A stretch of DNA of 64,000 nt from Pseudomonadota bacterium (GTDB lineage Bacteria > Pseudomonadota > Gammaproteobacteria > Burkholderiales > SG8-39), in contig CANGMI010000007.1 in assembly GCA_947455195.1 (NCBI GenBank), forward strand, positions 212,875-276,874, read 5' to 3'. The notes beneath the pieces are model-generated. The model was given only the letters and a program-made list of their open reading frames with translations, had not been told where the DNA came from and made no database searches. Made by a program: the position numbers and the translations under genes. Shown here in pieces: positions 58,731-64,000 of the stretch (its first letter is position 1; each line of letters starts with the position of its first letter).

Positions 58731-60458
58731 TCAGGTCGCCGAGCGCTCGAGTTCGAGCATCACGGCGTCGCCCATCTGCACCGTGCTGACGCTCGCCTGA
58801 CCGGCATCGGCGATGTCGCGGGTGCGAATGCCGGCGCTGACCACGCGTTCGACGACGTCCTCGAGGAACTGGGCCTCCTGGGGCAGATTGAAGCTGTGAC
58901 GCAGGCACATCGCAAAGCTCAGGATCGAGCCCAGCGGATTGGCCACGCCCTGGCCGGCGATGTCGGGGGCGCTGCCATGGATAGGCTCGTAGAGGCCCTG
59001 GCGTCGGGTCGAATCGGGCGCATTCATCGAGGCCGAGGGCAGCATGCCAATGGATCCTGCCACCATGGCGGCGCAGTCCGAGAGGATGTCGCCAAAGAGG
59101 TTTTCCGTGACCATGACGTCGAACTGACGCGGATTGCGCACCAGTTGCATGGCTGCGTTGTCCACATACAGGTGCGAGAGTTCGACATCGGCAAATTCCT
59201 CGCGATGCACGCGCTCGACCACATCGCGCCAGAGCACGCCGTTCTCGAGCACATTGGCCTTGTCGATCGAGCACAGCCTGCCCTGACGAGCACGCGCCAG
59301 CAACAGGGCAGCGCGGGCGATGCGGGCGATTTCCGACTCGGTGTAGACCATGGTGTTGACGACACGTCGCTGCCCGTCGGGCATCGTCTCGATGCCTCGG
59401 GGGGTACCGAAGTACACGCCGCCTGCCAGTTCCCGCACCAGCATGAGGTCTGTGCCGGCCAGCACTTCGGGGCGCAGGGTCGAGGCGCTCGCCAGGGCCG
59501 GTAGCGCACGCACGGGACGCAGGTTGAGGAAGAGGTCGAGTTCCTTGCGGATGCGCAACAACTGGTCGAACTTGTTGTGTTCAGGCGGAATCTTCGCGTA
59601 CTCGGGTGAGCCGGTGGCACCAAACAGGATCGCGTCGCTGTCGTTGATGGCCTTCCAGGTTGCCTCGCGCATCAGGCTGCCGTGGGTCTTCCAGGCCGAG
59701 ATGCCGAACAGTTCTTCGTGCAGATCCATCCGGACGTCGCGATGGGCCATGAACCATTCGACGACCCGGCGCGTCTGCGCCATGATTTCCGGGCCGATAC
59801 CGTCGCCGGCGAGGATGAGGACTTTCTTCATGATGGCTTGTTCCGTCTGTCGGTAGATCCAGGGGCGCGTACGCTCATCGTCGCGCCGGAATTGCTCGAT
59901 GAGTGCACGATCGAGCAGGGTCATGTCGATGTCGTCCAGCCCCTGAAGCAGGCCGGCACGGCGATCGGGTTCGATCTCGAAGCGCAGTACCCGACCCTCG
60001 GGGGTCGTGACCGTGCAGGCTTCCAGGTCGATGGCGATGCGTGGCTTGTCGGCGCGTTCGAGTTCGGCCGCGATCCGCGTGACTTCTTCAGCCGGCAGGC
60101 GCACTGGCAGCAGGCCGTTCTGAAAGCTGTTGTTGTAGAAGATGTCGCCAAAGCTCGGCGCGATGACCGCACGCACACCCCAGTCGATCAGGGCCCAGAC
60201 CGCGTGTTCGCGCGAACTGCCGCAACCGAAGTTCTCGGCCGCCACCAGGATGCCTGCGCCGCGATAGCGCGGGGTATGGGGCGCGAACGCCGGGCGCTCC
60301 TTGCCGTCCTCATCGAAGCGCAGGGCTTCAAGACAATAAGGCCCCAGTTCCCCGCGCGGAAACTCGATCAGCCGCTGCATGCGGATGATCTGGTCAGTGT
60401 CGATGTTGGCCTGCATCAGGGGCGCCGCGAGGGCCTCTTCGCGCACGAAGGATTTCAT
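58731..60458 (-). CDS. In-frame fusion ORF: 3-isopropylmalate dehydratase small subunit (LeuD-type, aa 1-~205) plus isopropylmalate/tartrate dehydrogenase family enzyme (LeuB-type, aa 210-575)
   Basis: LeuD part: QANIDTDQIIRMQ, ENFGCGSSREHAVWAL. LeuB part begins MKKVLILAGDGIGPEIM (ATG at 59831) and has NLFGDILSD and YEPIHGSAPDIAG. No stop codon between the two parts. The junction reads DERTRPWIYRQTEQAI-MKKV. Confidence 0.8.
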   Translation of the reverse strand: MKSFVREEALAAPLMQANIDTDQIIRMQRLIEFPRGELGPYCLEALRFDEDGKERPAFAPHTPRYRGAGILVAAENFGCGSSREHAVWALIDWGVRAVIAPSFGDIFYNNSFQNGLLPVRLPAEEVTRIAAELERADKPRIAIDLEACTVTTPEGRVLRFEIEPDRRAGLLQGLDDIDMTLLDRALIEQFRRDDERTRPWIYRQTEQAIMKKVLILAGDGIGPEIMAQTRRVVEWFMAHRDVRMDLHEELFGISAWKTHGSLMREATWKAINDSDAILFGATGSPEYAKIPPEHNKFDQLLRIRKELDLFLNLRPVRALPALASASTLRPEVLAGTDLMLVRELAGGVYFGTPRGIETMPDGQRRVVNTMVYTESEIARIARAALLLARARQGRLCSIDKANVLENGVLWRDVVERVHREEFADVELSHLYVDNAAMQLVRNPRQFDVMVTENLFGDILSDCAAMVAGSIGMLPSASMNAPDSTRRQGLYEPIHGSAPDIAGQGVANPLGSILSFAMCLRHSFNLPQEAQFLEDVVERVVSAGIRTRDIADAGQASVSTVQMGDAVMLELERSAT

Positions 60459-61891
60459 GCGTTCACGCTGGCCGGCGCACCGGGCAGTCGACGTACATCG
60501 GTCAGTTGTCCGGTAATGGCGGCTGCGGCGGCCATGGCGGGGCTCGCCAGATGGGTGCGCGCGCCCGGTCCCTGGCGCCCGACGAAGTTGCGATTGGCGG
60601 TCGACACGCAGCGTTCACCGGGCGGGATCAGTTCGCCATTGGCTGCCACACACAGCGAACAGCCCGGCGAGCGCCACTCGAACCCTGCTGCCAGAAAATC
60701 GCGATGCAGGCCTTCGGCTTCGGCCTGGCGACGGGTCTGTTCCGAGCCGGGTACGACCCAGGCTTTCACGCCCCGGGCGACCTGGCGGCCACGGACCACG
60801 TTGGCGGCCTCGCGCAGATCGGACAGCCGACTGTTGGCGCAGGAACCGATGAAGACCCAGTCGACCGGCGTGCCAGCGATGGCCTGGCCGGGCTTGAGAC
60901 CCATGTACTCGAGCGAGCGTTCGATTGACTGCCGACGCTCTGCGTCTTTTTCCAGGGCCGGGTCTGGCACATACCCATCGATCGGCACGACATCCTGCGG
61001 GCTCGTGCCCCAGGTCATCTGCGGTGTGATCTGGCTTGCATCAATCACTGCCTCGCGATCGAAAACGGCACCTTCGTCGCTGGGGAGTCCTCGCCAGTGC
61101 TCGAGCGCCTGATCGAAGAGGGCGCCCTTTGGCGCGAAGGGGCGACCGGCAAGGTATTCGTAGACCGAGTCATCGGGCGCGATCATGCCGATCTTGGCAC
61201 CCATCTCGATCGACAGATTGCACAGCGTGAGGCGGGCATCAACGGCCAGGGCGCGCACGGCAGATCCGGCGTACTCGACAGCATGGCCACGGCCAGCGGC
61301 CGTACCCAGCCTGCCGATGGCATGGAGGATCATGTCCTTGGCGGTCACGCCTGCGCCGAGTTGGCCTTCGAAGCGCAGGCGCAAGGTTCCGGGGCGGCGC
61401 TGGCGCAGGGTCTGGGTTGCCAGCACATGGCCCACTTCGCTCGAGCCGATGCCAAAAGCCAGCGCGCCGAGCCCACCGTGGGTGCAGGTGTGGCTGTCCC
61501 CGCAGACGAGCAGCGTGCCAGGCAGGGTGATGCCTTGCTCGGGTCCCACCAGATGGAGGATGCCCTGGTCGGGGGTGCCCAGATCAAAGAGGCGTATGCC
61601 TTCGCGCGCCGTGCCTCGACGCATGGCCCGCAGCAGTCGCCCGCCGGTGGGCCAGGTGTCGGTGCTGCGGCCAACAGCGCTCGAGAGCGCATGATCGGGT
61701 GTGGCAAAGGTGAGATCGTTGCGGGCCACGTTGCGACCGGCGCGCTGCAGGTCGTTGAGGCGCGGTCCGGCCTCGAGATCGTGGATCAGATGGCGGTCGA
61801 CATGGAGCAGGCAGACGCCATCGTCGAACTGCCGGATGACGTGCGTTGCCCAGACCTTGTCGAAGAAAGTTGCGGGTGTGTGTAGTCCCAT
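60455..61891 (-). CDS. 3-isopropylmalate dehydratase large subunit-like aconitase-family hydratase
   Basis: LLHVDRHLIHD, DSHTCTHGGLGALAFGIGSSE, GSCANSRLSDL (Fe-S cysteine contexts) and C-terminal SPAMAAAAAITG. Start at MGLHTPA (61891). The stop overlaps the LeuD start (ATGA). Confidence 0.85.
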   Translation of the reverse strand: MGLHTPATFFDKVWATHVIRQFDDGVCLLHVDRHLIHDLEAGPRLNDLQRAGRNVARNDLTFATPDHALSSAVGRSTDTWPTGGRLLRAMRRGTAREGIRLFDLGTPDQGILHLVGPEQGITLPGTLLVCGDSHTCTHGGLGALAFGIGSSEVGHVLATQTLRQRRPGTLRLRFEGQLGAGVTAKDMILHAIGRLGTAAGRGHAVEYAGSAVRALAVDARLTLCNLSIEMGAKIGMIAPDDSVYEYLAGRPFAPKGALFDQALEHWRGLPSDEGAVFDREAVIDASQITPQMTWGTSPQDVVPIDGYVPDPALEKDAERRQSIERSLEYMGLKPGQAIAGTPVDWVFIGSCANSRLSDLREAANVVRGRQVARGVKAWVVPGSEQTRRQAEAEGLHRDFLAAGFEWRSPGCSLCVAANGELIPPGERCVSTANRNFVGRQGPGARTHLASPAMAAAAAITGQLTDVRRLPGAPASVNA

Positions 61892-62172
61892 GGCGGCCGG
61901 GATTGTGTACCCGGTGCAGGGGGGCGTCAACAGCGCCGGTACAGACTTTCGCAAACGCGCGCCTGGCTGCGCAGAAGGAACTCCTCGCCGCGTTCTACAT
62001 CTACAACGCGGTCGATCTTCTGCCCGGCGGAACAGCGCAGCCCGCCGTGTTCACCGCGATGGATCTGTCCAAGCAGCGCACGGCCGATCAGATACTTGCC
62101 GCGATTTCGCGCATGGTGATGCAGATCGGGTAGTACGGTGGCGGCGTCAACTCCTTTCTGACCAAGGTCGAA

Positions 62173-63882
62173 GTGGACCTCGGGGATGACGGGTTGCTGA
62201 ACAATTCTCCCGAGTACATGTTCAATGCGGCCACGCAGTTTGCGACGGCCGCCACCACGACCGACTTTGCTGCCGTTGCGAAAAATCTCAATGGACGATA
62301 TCGCACGACCTATGAAGCCAACGACCTGTCTCAGTGGGTCTACAGTTCCGGAGGAGTCGATCAGGTCATCGACCGGTTCAAGTACCGATCCTTTGGCGTA
62401 CCCGTGGGCACTGTCAGCAAGAGTCCGGCCTATGTTGCCGGCAGTGAGGATGCGGGTCAGTGCTTTTCGGCCGGAAGGCTGAGTTCGGGGGCGACAGGCG
62501 CCCTCTATCTCAATGGGAACTCGTCGCCAATTGTCGGAACCGTCAAGGTAGTCAAGGGCGACAGCCTGTCGATCGGCATCACCGCGAGCGCTGCGGGCAT
62601 TTGCAGCGGTTTCATCCGTCGATCACCAGCCATCAGTGGCGTATGCCCGGGTTCGGTTCCTGCGTCGGGATTGACCTCGGTCTTCAAGTACACGATCGGT
62701 GACGGCTATAGCGTGGGTGGCACCGTAACGGGACTGGCTTCGGGCAATGCTCTCAGCCTGCTGCTGAATGGAGCCAATCCGCTCGTCCTGAACGCTGATG
62801 GTCCCTTCGTGTTCCCCTCCGAGTTGTCGGCTGGAGCCGGTTATCTGGTCACAGTCGGTACGCAGCCGACAAATCAGGTGTGTGTGGTGTCGAATGGAGC
62901 AGGCACCATCAGCCAGAATGTCACCACCGTACGTGTTTCCTGTGGCATTTCGGTGAGTATGGGAAACCTCACGGCGCACGCCCTGAAGCCCGATGGCAGT
63001 CTGTGGGGCTGGGGGGGCAACGGCAGTGGCGAGACCGGTAATGGTGCTTCGGGCAATAATGTGCGCTCCCCGACGCTCGTGGGTACGCAATTCTTTCGGG
63101 TCGCCCAGGGCATCCAGCAGGGAATCGGTATCCGGAACGACGGTTCACTGTGGCTATGGGGCGGATGGGGCAGCATCACCAACGCTTATGCGCCCACGCT
63201 GTTGAGTTCCGCGAAGTATCTTTCAGTGGCCTCTGGCGGGTTGAGCGCATTTGCCATCAGTGCCGACCAGCAGCTCTGGGGGATCGGAAACAACCTCATG
63301 GGGCAGTTGGGCGATGGTTCGACGACCAACCGAGCGGTGCTCACCCTGATCGGAAGCGGGTTTCTGAAGGTTTCCACCGGCCTCACCGATGCCCATACGC
63401 TCGCGATCAAGACCGATGGCAGCCTCTGGGCTTGGGGGGTGAATACCTACGGTCAACTTGGCAATGGCAACACCCAGGCGAGTCTGGTGCCGATCCGGAT
63501 TGATGGCGGACCCTGGAAGGATGCCGCTGCAGTGAATCCGTTCTCGGTCGGATTGAAGGCTGATGGTTCGTTGTGGACCTGGGGCTGGGGTGCCACCAAA
63601 ACACCCGTTCAGGTGGGCACGAACACCTACCGAAAACTGTCGGCCGGGGCGGGTGGTTACGCCGTCATCGATTCGAGAGGCTACTTGTGGACAGCGAACA
63701 CGACCGCCCTGACACCTGCTCAATTCGACAACAATACCTATCTCGATGTGGCGGTAGGTACCGTTTCAAGTCTCGCTGTTCGGTCCGATGGCACGGTCTG
63801 GGCATGGGGTGGCAATTCGAACGGTCAGTTGGGGCAGGGCACCACCAATCAGATCACGCAGCCTGTCATGGTGAACTTCTGA
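62173..63882 (+). CDS. RCC1-repeat (seven-bladed beta-propeller type) protein with a Cys-containing N-terminal region
   Basis: The C-terminal half carries repeated units of the form DGSLW[GA]WG.N..GQLG.G (for example DGSLWGWGGNGSGETGNG, DGSLWAWGVNTYGQLGNGN, DGTVWAWGGNSNGQLGQGT). No obvious signal peptide. Start uncertain: GTG at 62173 or ATG at 62218. Visibly less GC-biased codon usage than the backbone. Confidence 0.7.
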   Translation: MDLGDDGLLNNSPEYMFNAATQFATAATTTDFAAVAKNLNGRYRTTYEANDLSQWVYSSGGVDQVIDRFKYRSFGVPVGTVSKSPAYVAGSEDAGQCFSAGRLSSGATGALYLNGNSSPIVGTVKVVKGDSLSIGITASAAGICSGFIRRSPAISGVCPGSVPASGLTSVFKYTIGDGYSVGGTVTGLASGNALSLLLNGANPLVLNADGPFVFPSELSAGAGYLVTVGTQPTNQVCVVSNGAGTISQNVTTVRVSCGISVSMGNLTAHALKPDGSLWGWGGNGSGETGNGASGNNVRSPTLVGTQFFRVAQGIQQGIGIRNDGSLWLWGGWGSITNAYAPTLLSSAKYLSVASGGLSAFAISADQQLWGIGNNLMGQLGDGSTTNRAVLTLIGSGFLKVSTGLTDAHTLAIKTDGSLWAWGVNTYGQLGNGNTQASLVPIRIDGGPWKDAAAVNPFSVGLKADGSLWTWGWGATKTPVQVGTNTYRKLSAGAGGYAVIDSRGYLWTANTTALTPAQFDNNTYLDVAVGTVSSLAVRSDGTVWAWGGNSNGQLGQGTTNQITQPVMVNF

Positions 63883-64000
63883 CGCGAAGGAACCCCTGCC
63901 GGGTCGCTGCACGTGCGGATCCCGAGTGTGGCCTGCCAAGGCATCCATCGGTGGTCCTGCGGAACTCGATGGCCGGGTGCTACCATCGAGAATCATTCGA

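Noticed and set aside
60455-61891. Calling the leuC-like/leuD/leuB-like genes the housekeeping leucine operon and assigning leuC/leuD/leuB symbols
   Set aside because: The large subunit diverges from the conserved LeuC N-terminal motif. The genes are embedded among Bug-family and catabolic-type genes, and the small subunit is fused to the dehydrogenase. Without a genome-wide paralogue check the symbols would be unsafe.
61846-62133. 95-aa plus-strand ORF upstream of, and in frame with, the RCC1 gene
   Set aside because: Its 5' part overlaps the leuC-like start on the other strand, and it has no start context or recognisable domain. It is kept only as a note that the frame is open up to a TAG (see the RCC1 finding), not as a gene.

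Overview
GC-rich (roughly two-thirds G+C by eye) chromosomal segment of a betaproteobacterium. The gene order and three Bug/TctC-family binding proteins suggest a Burkholderiales-like lineage, but this needs a database search. No rRNA, CRISPR array, IS element, transposase or phage integrase was seen.

The conserved backbone, on the + strand unless noted:
- mlaF(partial)-E-D-A-C-B, an ABC-2 exporter pair, ibaG and murA
- hisG-D-C-B-H-A-F-I-E, a HIT protein and tatABC
- a DegS-like protease (-), nif3, petABC, sspAB and tRNA-Thr(TGT)
- later typA (-), xerD, bug-folB (-), plsY and tsaD (-)
- the macromolecular-synthesis operon rpsU-yqeY-dnaG-rpoD, followed by a CAT-anticodon tRNA that looks like ileX

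Three blocks look accessory:
1. 22.4-36.7 kb, after tRNA-Thr. It holds a 1011-aa fusion of a periplasmic binding protein, a beta-rich module and an MscS channel. It also holds ychJ, an orphan LivK-like binding protein, a cysteine hydrolase, a quinone oxidoreductase, an NTF2-like protein, an MFS transporter, metC, and a tightly coupled operon of a NAPRTase-like protein, a short MetE-like protein and an esterase lipoprotein.
2. 49.0-53.3 kb, after the CAT tRNA. It holds a pyruvyl transferase, a TPR/GT9-like protein and a gutted adenylate-forming enzyme relic.
3. 53.3-63.9 kb. It holds an MhpA-like flavin monooxygenase, an NTF2-like protein, a DapA-like protein, two Bug binding proteins, a LeuC-like gene, an in-frame LeuD-LeuB-type fusion, and an RCC1-repeat protein with atypical codon usage.

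The most interesting observations:
- the tripartite ligand-binding/MscS channel fusion
- a 370-aa Lys/Ala/Pro-rich, histone-H1-like extension fused in frame to sigma-70
- the LeuD-LeuB fusion ORF
- the uncharacterised PRTase/MetE-like/esterase operon
- the small glycosylation-type module next to the tRNA
- several striking non-coding palindromes

All calls come from reading the translated ORFs and the DNA by eye. No searches were run. Start codons are often uncertain by a few codons.
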